Below are positions 17,612 to 27,166 of a DNA stretch of 64,000 nucleotides, in pieces (position 1 is the stretch's first letter; every line of letters starts with the position of its first letter). Both the position numbers and the translations under genes were made by a program. Source of the DNA: Chloroflexota bacterium (GTDB taxonomy: Bacteria; Chloroflexota; Dehalococcoidia; GIF9; UBA5629); contig DAISKD010000004.1 of assembly GCA_036821185.1 (NCBI GenBank), forward strand, positions 6,063 through 70,062, in the 5' to 3' direction. The notes under the pieces are model-generated. The model had not been told where the DNA came from. It was given only the letters and a program-made list of their open reading frames with translations, and ran no database searches.

Positions 17612-19495
17612 CTAGATTTCTCTGAACTCGCCCTCGACCGTCCCTTCGTCGCCACTAGCGGACTGCCCTGTCGAGCCGCCGGGAGGAGTCCCTGCCTGCT
17701 GATAGACCGCAGCCCCGACCTTTTGCATTACCTGGGAGAGGTCGTTGACCGTCGTCCTTATATAATTTATGTCGGTGCCCTGTAGAGCTGAACGCACCGC
17801 AGCCACCTTACCTTCCACTTCTTGCCTCAAATCGGCTGGGATCTTATCACCGTGCTCCCTGAGCGTCTTCTCAGCGGTATAGACAAGGCTGTCAGCCATA
17901 TTGCGAGTCTCCGCCGCCTCCTTCTTTTTGGCGTCCTCAGCAGCATGCATCTCAGCCTCCCGCCGCATCCTCTCCACTTCCTCCTTGTTGAGCCCGCTGG
18001 AGGCAGTAATGGTTATCTTCTGCTCCTTGCCAGTACCTTTGTCCTTTGCCCGCACGCTCAAAATGCCATTGGCATCTATGTCAAAGGTCACCTCAATCTG
18101 AGGCACACCCCTGGGTGCTGGTAGTATCCCGTCCAGTATAAAACGGCCAAGGGTACGGTTGTCCGTTGCCATGGGGCGCTCCCCCTGCAGCACATGGATC
18201 TCCACGCTCGTCTGGTTGTCGGCTGCAGTGGTAAATATCTGGCTCTTGGCCGTGGGTATAGTTGTATTGCGCGGGATGAGCGGCGTCATCACACCGCCCA
18301 GTGTCTCGATCCCCAGTGTCAGCGGTGTCACATCGAGGAGCAGTACCTCTCTGACGTCACCTTTGAGCACACCCGCCTGAATGGCTGCTCCCAGCGCCAC
18401 CGCCTCGTCAGGGTTTATGCCCTTTATGGGTTCCTTACCGAAGAACTGCCGCACCAGCTCCTGCACCTTGGGCATCCTGGTCTGACCACCCACCAGGATC
18501 ACATCATTTATCTGCGCCACCGTGAGCCCGGCATCGCTTAACGCCTGACGGCAGGGTCCGAGGGTCTTTTCCAGCAGGTCCAGACATAGTTGCTCCAGCT
18601 TCGCCCGCGTAAGGGTAATGTTCAAGTGCTTCGGCCCCGAGGCATCGGCAGTGATAAACGGCAGGTTTATCTCCGTCTGTGCCACCGTGGACAGCTCGCG
18701 TTTGGCTTTCTCAGCGGCATCCTTGAGCCTCTGCAACGCCATCCTGTCCTGCTTTAAGTCTATGCCCGTCTCTTTCCTAAACTCCTCGCACAGCCAGTCG
18801 ATGATCCTCTGATCAATATCATCACCCCCGAGATGGGTGTCACCGGCAGTGGACCTCACCTGGAACGTGCCCTCACCGAGCTCAAGTATAGAAATATCAA
18901 ATGTGCCACCGCCGAGGTCATAGACCGCAATCGTCTCCTCGCCCTTCTTGTCTAGCCCGTAAGCCAGCGCCGAAGCTGTAGGCTCATTGATGATACGCAG
19001 CACATTGAGCCCGGCAATAGTGCCAGCATCTTTGGTCGCCTGCCGCTGGCTATCATTAAAGTAAGCCGGCACCGTGATCACCGCATCGGTCACCTTCTCC
19101 CCGAGGTATGCTTCGGCATCGGCCTTCAGTTTCTGCAAAATCATGGCAGATATCTCGGGCGGACTGTACTCCTTACCACCCATCACCACCCAGGCATCGC
19201 CGTTCCGTGCCTCAATAATCTTGTAAGGCAGCCGCTTCATATCGAACTGCACCTCAGAGTCACGGAACTTCCGCCCCATCAGCCGCTTAATGCTGAAGAT
19301 GGTATTCTCCGGATTGGTTATCGCCTGCCTTTTCGCTAGAAGCCCCACCAGCCGCTCCCCCTTCTTGTCGATAGCAACCACAGAGGGCGTCAGCCTCTCG
19401 CCCTCAACATTGGGGATAACCTTGGGCTCGCCCCCCTCGATTACCGCCACTACACTGAAGGTAGTGCCAAGATCAATGCCTACTGCTCTTCCCAT
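17612..19495 (-). CDS. dnaK: Chaperone DnaK
   Basis: [48 protein letters not shown]. Confidence 0.99.
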   Translation of the reverse strand: MGRAVGIDLGTTFSVVAVIEGGEPKVIPNVEGERLTPSVVAIDKKGERLVGLLAKRQAITNPENTIFSIKRLMGRKFRDSEVQFDMKRLPYKIIEARNGDAWVVMGGKEYSPPEISAMILQKLKADAEAYLGEKVTDAVITVPAYFNDSQRQATKDAGTIAGLNVLRIINEPTASALAYGLDKKGEETIAVYDLGGGTFDISILELGEGTFQVRSTAGDTHLGGDDIDQRIIDWLCEEFRKETGIDLKQDRMALQRLKDAAEKAKRELSTVAQTEINLPFITADASGPKHLNITLTRAKLEQLCLDLLEKTLGPCRQALSDAGLTVAQINDVILVGGQTRMPKVQELVRQFFGKEPIKGINPDEAVALGAAIQAGVLKGDVREVLLLDVTPLTLGIETLGGVMTPLIPRNTTIPTAKSQIFTTAADNQTSVEIHVLQGERPMATDNRTLGRFILDGILPAPRGVPQIEVTFDIDANGILSVRAKDKGTGKEQKITITASSGLNKEEVERMRREAEMHAAEDAKKKEAAETRNMADSLVYTAEKTLREHGDKIPADLRQEVEGKVAAVRSALQGTDINYIRTTVNDLSQVMQKVGAAVYQQAGTPPGGSTGQSASGDEGTVEGEFREI

Positions 19496-19510
19496 AACTA
19501 ACCTCCTTAC

Positions 19511-20089
19511 TTAAGACCTTTCCTGCTCTCTCTCTGAATTTTCACCTTGTTGCCTCGCAGTGCCGTTCCCTTTCCCCACCACCACCTGAGGCGCCCGCAG
19601 CAACCTGTCCCTGAGCCAGTACCCTTTGCGCACTTCCTCCACCACCAATCCCTCCTCACCCTCGCCCTGGGCAACTGCCTCGTGGACCTGGGGATCGAAG
19701 ACCTCGCCAACACACTTCACCTCAGACAGCCCGTGTTTGCCCAGCACGTCCAGCAGCATACGCTGGATCTGCCTGAAGCCCTCGATCCAGCCCCACTTTT
19801 CATCGTCAGGGGAAACCCCCTTAAATGCCCGGTCGAAAGCATCAAGCACTGGCAGTATATCGCAAACCAGCGCTGAATTAGCCATCTTTATCAAATCCTT
19901 CTTCTCCTCCTCTTCTCGCCGTTTATAGTTCCTGAAATCAGCCTCCGCCCTCTGCCAGTTGGCCAGGTACCTTTGAGCCTTTTCCTTCTCCCTGGCTAAT
20001 GCCTCGCGGAGGGACTTGATATCATTTTCTATCTCCTCGCCAGCACCGACCACCTCCTCACCGGGCGCCGCTTTTTCTTCTTCAAACAA
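19511..20089 (-). CDS. grpE: Nucleotide exchange factor GrpE
   Basis: AEADFRNYKRR, FDPQVHEAV, RKGYWLRDRLLRAPQVVV; TTG 20089 follows a GGAGG SD. Confidence 0.95.
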   Translation of the reverse strand: MFEEEKAAPGEEVVGAGEEIENDIKSLREALAREKEKAQRYLANWQRAEADFRNYKRREEEEKKDLIKMANSALVCDILPVLDAFDRAFKGVSPDDEKWGWIEGFRQIQRMLLDVLGKHGLSEVKCVGEVFDPQVHEAVAQGEGEEGLVVEEVRKGYWLRDRLLRAPQVVVGKGNGTARQQGENSEREQERS

Positions 20090-20114
20090 TCTACCTGTTC
20101 CTCCAGTGCTCCAA

Positions 20115-21146
20115 TCAATCACCCGCACAAACGCGGGATACCAGGTCACTCAATACCTGCGACATATAGTCTACCGTGGAGATAGCCCGGCGATAGTCCA
20201 TCCGGGTAGGACCGATGACGCCGAGGGCACCGCTTGCTCTCCCCGGTACACCATACCTGCTGAACACCAGGCTCAGGTCCTGAAATACCTCATCCCCATG
20301 CTCACCGCCTATCACCACCTGAACACCAACATCGCCCGACCATTTCGCCAGTGTGGAACTGATCCATTCCCTGGTCTCAAACAGCTCCATCACACTGAGC
20401 ATTCTCTCCCGTCGGGCGAATTCAGGCTGGTCAAGCATCAAACGTATGCCTTCAAAATAGGGTTCCTCATACTCTGCCTCATCTTCGGCCCTCATGATGT
20501 CCAGCACCGCCTCCAGCACCTGTCCCTCCCTTGGCGTCAGCTCCAGGCGCTTTTTGCTGATCTCAAAGCTTGTCTGCCCGAAACACAAAGAGTTCAACCT
20601 TCCTGCAATACTGGTCAGCTCAGCCTGGGTCACCTGCTCGTTGAATGACAGCAGCCGCCTCTTCAATATCGCCTCGCTCAGCACCAGTACCATCAGCGCC
20701 AAAAACTCATGCAGCGCCACCAGCTCCAGGTGCCTGAAGCGACAGCGGCTGGGTTTGGGAAATGTGACCACAGCAGCACTCCTCACCAGATGCGACATTA
20801 CCATCGCCGCCAGCTTCAGCCATCTCTCAATTCCCTCGCTCACTTCACGGAAAAGTTCCTGTATGCGGTACTGCTCCTCAAACGGGAGCTCGTACTTCTT
20901 GGCTAACGACTCCACATAACGCCGATAGCCTTTGTCCGTGGGCACACCACCCGCCGAAGTATGCGGCCTGGTGATATAGCCTTCCCTCTCCAGATATGCC
21001 ATGTCATTGCGAATGGTGGCCGGGCTGACCCCGAGATCATAGTTCCGATAAATAACCTCCGATGCCACCGGCTGAGCAGTGGCAACATACCCGTTGACTA
21101 TGATCCTTAGGACAGCTTCCCTGCGCGCAGCAACACTCCTTGCCAT
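20115..21146 (-). CDS. hrcA: Heat-inducible transcription repressor HrcA
   Basis: SPATIRNDMAYLEREGYITRPHTSAGGVPTDKGYRRYV, LGVIGPTRMDY; ATG 21146 lies just after the CIRCE. Confidence 0.97.
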   Translation of the reverse strand: MARSVAARREAVLRIIVNGYVATAQPVASEVIYRNYDLGVSPATIRNDMAYLEREGYITRPHTSAGGVPTDKGYRRYVESLAKKYELPFEEQYRIQELFREVSEGIERWLKLAAMVMSHLVRSAAVVTFPKPSRCRFRHLELVALHEFLALMVLVLSEAILKRRLLSFNEQVTQAELTSIAGRLNSLCFGQTSFEISKKRLELTPREGQVLEAVLDIMRAEDEAEYEEPYFEGIRLMLDQPEFARRERMLSVMELFETREWISSTLAKWSGDVGVQVVIGGEHGDEVFQDLSLVFSRYGVPGRASGALGVIGPTRMDYRRAISTVDYMSQVLSDLVSRVCAGD

Positions 21147-21148
21147 TT

Positions 21149-21175
21149 TTAGCACTCTCCAGCGTCGACTGCTAA
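21149..21175. promoter_or_regulatory. CIRCE element (HrcA operator)
   Basis: TTAGCACTC-N9-GACTGCTAA: one mismatch to the TTAGCACTC-N9-GAGTGCTAA consensus. Confidence 0.93.
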
Positions 21176-21185
21176 CATCACTCAT

Positions 21186-21214
21186 ACTTTATCATAATTA
21201 TGGCGGCATGTCAA
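21186..21214 (-). promoter_or_regulatory. hrcA-grpE-dnaK promoter
   Basis: TTGACA (21214-21209), 17 bp, TAAAGT (21191-21186), directly upstream of the CIRCE. Confidence 0.7.
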
Positions 21215-21330
21215 AGGGTGTGGCAGTGAACATCCCAACCCGGTGCGCCCTATTTCCTTCTAGAATAAACTATACGGGGCGGTCTAGAACAGACCGCCCC
21301 GTTTGAGGTGATCCCCGTTGTGTGCCAGGA

Positions 21331-22494
21331 TCAGTCTGAGTATGTGACCTCGAGGATGACGTTCGACCACTCTATAAATTCGGCGACATTGTCCCCATCA
21401 GCCACTTTCTGGAACAATGCCTCAACCTGGAACCTATTAATTGCCGCCGCAGTGACCGCGTTTATTTCGTAGGTAACGTCTATGACGCTGGGCGGGCTGT
21501 TAAGGATAGCGCTGGCACCGGTCAACCTGCTCCCACCGGCATAGCCCCAGCTGGGCAATTTGCTGCCATGCGTCGCCTTGCGTAGCTGCAGACCGCCCAG
21601 TCCTGTGACGCTGGAGAATGGGTCACCCACCACCTGTCTGGTGGTGAACTTTAAGCTCGCGCTCTGTATTTTCTTCCCGGCAAGACTGAAGACATCGAAA
21701 CTGAAGTAAGCCCGATAGCCCACATTATCAGCATCGTCGCCGGCAAGAAATCTCGAATTGTCTTTATCACCTGTAGAGTCCACGCAGCCCGACTCTTGTT
21801 CCACCATGGAAATGGTCACTGTCTTTACCACCGCCCCTACCGTGACCACAACATTCCCCCTGGTCTCGCCACCTTTGCCATCGCTCACGATCACTGTCAC
21901 ATTGTATTGCCCGCCCCGGTTCGGCGCTACCCAGGTGACTTTGTTGCCCGTCCCGGTGACGGTGCCATCGCTAACTGACCAGCTGTACCTGACCACATCG
22001 CCATCGGGGTCGGAGGCGATACAGGTGATTGTAGCACTGCCACCATAAATCACCCCTGACGGATTAGCCTCCAGGCTCTGGATAACCGGCGCCTGGTTAG
22101 CCACCACCGACATGTTAATGCTCGCCTGTGTTGACCCACCTTTGCCATCCTTAACCGTGACCACAATGGTGTAAACACCATATTTGGTAGGTGCCTTCCA
22201 CACCACTATAGGACCAGCGCCGCTGAACTCACCCCCGGTACAGGACCACTCAAAACTTACCTGGTCCCCATCGGGGTCTGCGGCATCGCACTGTATTTGG
22301 ACCGTACCCGATGGATAGACTTGCGGCTGTGCCGCTACCAGCCTCGATACCATCGGTGGCTGATTGCCCACAGTCGTAGTGGGCGGTGGCGTCGCCGGTG
22401 CCTCCTGCTTAGGCCCACAGGCACCCAGCAGGATCAGCAGTACGCAGGTAACCATCGCCGCAAAAAGCACCCCACCTCTACCTTTAACCCTCAT
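21331..22494 (-). CDS. Surface lipoprotein with two PKD/Ig-like repeats and a DNRLRE-like C-terminal domain
   Basis: Lipobox LLGAC; two N..P.....C.A.DPDGD...W...G......W.AP...G.Y.....V.DGKGG repeats; YRAYFSFDVFSL...IQSASLKF. Confidence 0.75.
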   Translation of the reverse strand: MRVKGRGGVLFAAMVTCVLLILLGACGPKQEAPATPPPTTTVGNQPPMVSRLVAAQPQVYPSGTVQIQCDAADPDGDQVSFEWSCTGGEFSGAGPIVVWKAPTKYGVYTIVVTVKDGKGGSTQASINMSVVANQAPVIQSLEANPSGVIYGGSATITCIASDPDGDVVRYSWSVSDGTVTGTGNKVTWVAPNRGGQYNVTVIVSDGKGGETRGNVVVTVGAVVKTVTISMVEQESGCVDSTGDKDNSRFLAGDDADNVGYRAYFSFDVFSLAGKKIQSASLKFTTRQVVGDPFSSVTGLGGLQLRKATHGSKLPSWGYAGGSRLTGASAILNSPPSVIDVTYEINAVTAAAINRFQVEALFQKVADGDNVAEFIEWSNVILEVTYSD

Positions 22495-22694
22495 AATAGA
22501 CCCCCTTTCTTTCAACGCCTGCTGTTGTTCATTTGTACAGGCTGACTTGAGTATAACACCATTTAACACCAGCGTAAAGTCATGCCTCCACACGGCACTT
22601 CGGTACCTCCTGGTGTGTGCAACTGAAATGCCGCACACTTGCCCGTTACCTCATTTCAGTGGTATTATTCTTTACAACCCTTGGAGGTATATTA

Positions 22695-23939
22695 TTGGCC
22701 AGCAGCCGTGCCATACGGGATACTGAAATAGCCCGTCTCTTAAAGCTCGAAGCCTGGCGACAGAAGGAGACCATAAACCTCATCGCCGCCGAAAATTATG
22801 CCAGCGCCGCTGTCCTTAAAGCTCAGGGCTCCGTACTGACCAACAAATATGCCGAGGGCTACCCGGGACAGCGCTACTATGCCGGCTGCACCAACATAGA
22901 TGCCATCGAAAGCCTGGCGATCGAACGGGCTAAGAAGCTGTTCGGCGCTGAACATACCAATGTCCAGCCCCACAGCGGCTCTCAGGCAAACATGGCAGCT
23001 TACCTCGCTCTCCTTGAACCGGGGGATACCGTTATGGGGATGAATCTGAGCCATGGCGGACACCTCACCCATGGTTCCCCAGCCAACTTCTCAGGGAGAT
23101 GGTACAAATTTGTCTCCTACGGCGTTGACAGGGAGACTGAGAGGTTGGACTACGCGGAAATAGAGAAACTGGCACTCAAGCACAGACCTAAACTGATAAT
23201 CGCCGGTGCCAGTGCCTATCCCAGGATAATCGACTTCCAGCGCTTCCGCGCCATCGCCGATGCCGTCGGTGCCCACCTCCTGGTCGATATGGCACACATC
23301 GCCGGACTCGTCGCCGCCGGGGTGCACCCCTCGCCTGTCCCCCACGCCCTAGTGGTCACCTCCTCTACCCACAAGACGTTACGCGGTCCTCGCAGCGGCT
23401 TTATCCTGTGTAAACAGGAACTGGCAGCGAAAATCGATGCCGCCGTCTTCCCGATGACACAGGGTGGCCCCCAGATGCATGCCATCGCTGCCAAAGCGAT
23501 AGCTTTCTTCGAAGCCATGCAACCGGAGTTCATCAGCTATCAGAAGGCCGTCCTGGAAAACGCGCAGATGCTGGCATCCGAACTCAAGCGCCACGGCCTC
23601 AGGCTCATAAGCGGCGGCACCGATAACCACCTGATACTCATCGACCTTGTCCCCACCGGCATCACCGGCAGGGAAGCCCAGAACGCTCTGGAAGCTGCCG
23701 GCATACTGGTCAACCGCAATGCTATCCCCTTCGACACCCGACCGCCACAGATCGCCAGTGGTATCAGACTGGGCACACCGGCTGTTACCTCGCGCGGTTT
23801 CGGCACAGAGGAGATGAAACAGATAGCCTCTTCAATAATTAAAGTGCTCTCAGACCCGAAGGACAAGAAAATACAGCAACAGGTCAGAGAGCAGGTGATT
23901 TCCCTGTGCCGGCGCTTTCCTGCGCCTGGGATAGATTGA
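22695..23939 (+). CDS. glyA: Serine hydroxymethyltransferase
   Basis: [51 protein letters not shown]; TTG 22695 after GGAGG. Confidence 0.98.
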   Translation: MASSRAIRDTEIARLLKLEAWRQKETINLIAAENYASAAVLKAQGSVLTNKYAEGYPGQRYYAGCTNIDAIESLAIERAKKLFGAEHTNVQPHSGSQANMAAYLALLEPGDTVMGMNLSHGGHLTHGSPANFSGRWYKFVSYGVDRETERLDYAEIEKLALKHRPKLIIAGASAYPRIIDFQRFRAIADAVGAHLLVDMAHIAGLVAAGVHPSPVPHALVVTSSTHKTLRGPRSGFILCKQELAAKIDAAVFPMTQGGPQMHAIAAKAIAFFEAMQPEFISYQKAVLENAQMLASELKRHGLRLISGGTDNHLILIDLVPTGITGREAQNALEAAGILVNRNAIPFDTRPPQIASGIRLGTPAVTSRGFGTEEMKQIASSIIKVLSDPKDKKIQQQVREQVISLCRRFPAPGID

Positions 23940-23953
23940 CCGCTCTAACGGTC

Positions 23954-24238
23954 CTACCGCTGCCTGAAATACGATTTAGTCATGCTTACCAGCCACTGCC
24001 AGTGGATGGCGATATGAACAATAAACATTATAGCCAGGGCAAGCGCCAGCCATTGGTGCACGTCCTTCCACTCCTGCCTCGCTAGAAGAAAGCTGCCAGC
24101 CTGCTCATCGCCGAGCCCTCCGCGGTACCTGTACCCTCCCGGGGCCAGAAACCAGAGCAGCGCCCCGGTGATACCCTGCCCCAATAGCAAAATCCCAAAG
24201 ATAATGTCGACGATATAGTTCAGAGTGACCCGTCTCAT
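23954..24238 (-). CDS. DUF4405-like membrane protein
   Basis: Two TM segments; W..VH.W......IVHI..HW.W His pattern. Confidence 0.75.
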   Translation of the reverse strand: MRRVTLNYIVDIIFGILLLGQGITGALLWFLAPGGYRYRGGLGDEQAGSFLLARQEWKDVHQWLALALAIMFIVHIAIHWQWLVSMTKSYFRQR

Positions 24239-24425
24239 CTTATCTTTCCTCCGACCTGCCCGCTATTCCGGCTGCAAAGATTTTGTCAAAAAAGGGCTAA
24301 CCGCTTAATAATTTTCTAACAATTCGTCGTTATACTATATGAGAAAACAGCTAAATAAGCAACTGCGGCGGCAGGGACATATTCATAGCCGCTGTAGTTA
24401 CAAAAACAGAAGGAGGTCAGTCGCA

Positions 24426-25151
24426 ATGAACAGATGGGTCAAGGTCGCTCTAAGCGTCCTGTTAGCAACTACCTTGCTGGCGGTGCCTTCAGGCATTGCC
24501 CTGGCCCAAGATGAACAGCCCAAGCCGCCGCAGGACGCTCTCACCGCCCGCGTGGCTGAGATCCTGGGCATCCAGCAGGAAGCGCTGGAAAACGCCATAG
24601 CACAGGCGCAGCAGGAACAGTGGCTGAAAGCCCTGGAGGCGAGGCTCAACCAGATGGTGGAAAAGGGTGTGATCACCCAGGAACAGGCACAGTCTTTCCT
24701 GAACTGGCTTAAGGCGAAACCTGATATTCCTGGACTGAGGGGACTGTATGGCTTCGGTCCCGTGAGGGCATGGGCTATGCGCCCTGGCGTTGACGGTAAA
24801 CAGGATGAGATCCTCTCCAGAGTCGCTGAAATACTGGGCATTGACCAGCAAAAGCTGGCGGACGCCTTCAAGCAGGCACGGCAGGAACAGCAACAAAAAG
24901 CGCTTGATGCCTGGCTGAACAAGCTGATAGAGAAAGGCGTGCTCACTGAAGAGCAGGCCAAGGCTTACAGGGACTGGATAGAGTCAAGGCCCGAGGGTGC
25001 ACCCGGTATATTGTGCCCCGGCCTGGCACCGGGACGCTTTGGCAAGCACATGCTGCCCTGGCAACCCGGGAAGCAGCAGACAAATCCCAATAATGCCCAG
25101 GGCACAGGGAGCTATACGCAGAATTTGAACAGACCGCCGGCAACATGGTAA
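24426..25151 (+). CDS. Secreted hypothetical protein with two internal helical repeats (DUF2680-like)
   Basis: AGGAGG SD; signal peptide ending ALA-Q; repeats RVAEILGI....L..A..QA.QEQ..KAL.A.LN...EKGV.T.EQA......W. Confidence 0.75.
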   Translation: MNRWVKVALSVLLATTLLAVPSGIALAQDEQPKPPQDALTARVAEILGIQQEALENAIAQAQQEQWLKALEARLNQMVEKGVITQEQAQSFLNWLKAKPDIPGLRGLYGFGPVRAWAMRPGVDGKQDEILSRVAEILGIDQQKLADAFKQARQEQQQKALDAWLNKLIEKGVLTEEQAKAYRDWIESRPEGAPGILCPGLAPGRFGKHMLPWQPGKQQTNPNNAQGTGSYTQNLNRPPATW

Positions 25152-25167
25152 AATAAATATACTGCAC

Positions 25168-25824
25168 TCACCCCCCTCCATAAAATTTACACACCTCCCT
25201 TAATAAACACCTCGTGCAGAGTGGTAGGCGGGCACGACAAGCCCGCCTACCATGCGTTATCAGCAGGACATGGAAGCGATATACATCCTCAGGCGCCACC
25301 ATTGACTCCAGTTCCCGGTGCGCAATCTCCACCGAAGTCCCTTCCTCTATCAGTCCCAGCCTGGTTGCCACCCGATACACATGTGTGTCCACCGGCAATG
25401 CTGGCATCCTGAGACCAAAAAGCAGTACACAGCTCGCCGTCTTCATCCCCACCCCGGGCAGCTCCGTCAGCCACCGTCTGGCATCCTCGACCGACATTTC
25501 CTTCAAAAAACTCAAGTCGAAACCGCCGCACCTCCGCCTTATCTCCGTAAGCGCCTGCTTAATGTACCTTGCCTTAACCTTTCCCAGACCGCCGCTTTGA
25601 ATACATCTTGCTATTTCCTCCTCACCAGCCTGGGCCATTTCTTCCCAGGTGGGAAACGAGCCCATCAGCCTTCTGAAAGCTGGCTCCGAGTTTCTGTCTG
25701 AAGTATTCTGTGAGAGGATGGTCTGCACCAGCACCGCTATCGGGTCGCCACGTACCCGCCACCGCGGTAGCCCGTACTCCTGTTTTAGAAGCTGTAAAAT
25801 CCGCTTTGGGTCTTTCCTTGCCAT
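25168..25824 (-). CDS. nth: Endonuclease III (HhH-GPD, 4Fe-4S)
   Basis: ILSQNTSD, LPGVGMKTA.C, PVDTHVYRV, CRARLPLCTRCLLREVC. Confidence 0.9.
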   Translation of the reverse strand: MARKDPKRILQLLKQEYGLPRWRVRGDPIAVLVQTILSQNTSDRNSEPAFRRLMGSFPTWEEMAQAGEEEIARCIQSGGLGKVKARYIKQALTEIRRRCGGFDLSFLKEMSVEDARRWLTELPGVGMKTASCVLLFGLRMPALPVDTHVYRVATRLGLIEEGTSVEIAHRELESMVAPEDVYRFHVLLITHGRRACRARLPLCTRCLLREVCKFYGGG

Positions 25825-25937
25825 GAATGCTATTATACAACAGGGTAAAACAAGAACTGGTATTCACCGTCCTCGAAGGCGAGAGCCAACAAAACCGAAA
25901 TTCGACCAGAAATGAAAAACGGAGTTCCCACGGTCAA

Positions 25938-26148
25938 GGGAGAGGGAAAGCGCAGGCGAAGTGGAACGATAGCACAAGAGCATTTGGAAGCCCCCTCTCC
26001 CTTGATGGACAGGGTAGTATGTGTCCGTGTGGGAATCGACCGTTGGAACACTCCCCCTCTCCCTTAAGGGAGACCGCCAAAAATCCTCTCCATTTAGGGA
26101 GAGCCCCCACAAAACCCTCTCCCTTTAGGGAGAGGGTTAGGGTGAGGG
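25938..26148. repeat. Cluster of REP-like palindromes (one full copy plus several degenerate tandem hairpins)
   Basis: Full copy CCCTCTCCC-TTTA-GGGAGAGGG-TTAGGGTGAGGG at 26115-26148; related hairpins at 26058-26073, 26085-26103 and 25991-26014; half-site at 25938-25946. Confidence 0.8.
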
Positions 26149-26222
26149 TGATAACCTTCTACATAACACACCGAAGAGCATTGGTGCTATAATTATCTCA
26201 CCGATAGCAAAGGGGAAAGCCA

Positions 26223-27161
26223 ATGGACGAACTCAAGGTCTTCACCGGCAATGCCCACCCGGTCCTGGCTCAGGCGATCTGCGATTACCTCGGCATACCG
26301 CTGGGCAAGGCTGAGGTGTTTGAGTTCAGCAACGAGAACATCTTCGTCCGCATCCTGGAAAATGTACGCGAGCGGGACGTGTTCATCGTCCAGCCCCTGT
26401 CCTCGCCGGTGAACAAGAACCTGGTAGAGCTGCTCATCATGATAGACGCCTTCAAGCGGGCTTCCGCGGGCAGGATCACCGCCGTCATCCCGTATTATGC
26501 CTACGGTCGCACCGATAAGAAAGACCAGCCCCGGGTGCCCATCACCGCCCGACTCATTGCTGATTTGCTCACCACCGCCGGTGCCAATCGTCTGCTCACC
26601 ATCGACCTCCATGCCCCCCAGATCCAGGGGTTCTTTAATATCCCCGTGGACGAACTCACCGCGCTGTTCATCCTCAGCGAGTACTGGAAAAAGAAAAAGC
26701 TCGATGACCTGGTGGTAGTTGCCACCGACATCGGCATCACCAAACGCGCTCGCGACCTGGCAGCCAAGCTCCATGCTCCGCTGGCTATTATCGAAAAAAG
26801 GCGCATCGGCAACATCGACGCCACTGAGACGCTGAACATCATCGGTGAGGTCGAGGGCAAACGCGCCCTCACCGTGGACGACGAAATAGATACCGCTGGC
26901 TCTCTGGTCGGCGCCGTGGATACTCTCTTAAAGCAGGGTGCCACCGAGGTCTATGCTTGCTGCACCCACCCCATATTCTCCGGACAAGCTATAAAGCGCA
27001 TCGCTGAGTCACCGGTCAAAGAGGTTGTGGTCACCGATACCGTGCCGGTAAACGGCGAGAAAAAACTGGGCAAGATGACAGTGCTCTCCGTAGCCTCGCT
27101 GCTCGGTGAAGCCATCCATCGCATCCATACCGGCCTCTCTATAGGCGCCATGTTCGAATAA
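26223..27161 (+). CDS. prs: Ribose-phosphate pyrophosphokinase
   Basis: [53 protein letters not shown]. Confidence 0.97.
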   Translation: MDELKVFTGNAHPVLAQAICDYLGIPLGKAEVFEFSNENIFVRILENVRERDVFIVQPLSSPVNKNLVELLIMIDAFKRASAGRITAVIPYYAYGRTDKKDQPRVPITARLIADLLTTAGANRLLTIDLHAPQIQGFFNIPVDELTALFILSEYWKKKKLDDLVVVATDIGITKRARDLAAKLHAPLAIIEKRRIGNIDATETLNIIGEVEGKRALTVDDEIDTAGSLVGAVDTLLKQGATEVYACCTHPIFSGQAIKRIAESPVKEVVVTDTVPVNGEKKLGKMTVLSVASLLGEAIHRIHTGLSIGAMFE

Positions 27162-27166
27162 ACGTT

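Noticed and set aside
22500-22694. ZTP, THF or glycine riboswitch upstream of glyA
   Set aside because: No recognisable consensus, and the nearest promoter leaves only a ~20-nt leader.
25833-26192. Protein-coding ORFs or a DUF559/transposase remnant in the nth-prs gap
   Set aside because: Translations are repeat-derived (PLSL, RERVRVRV) with no nuclease or transposase motifs.
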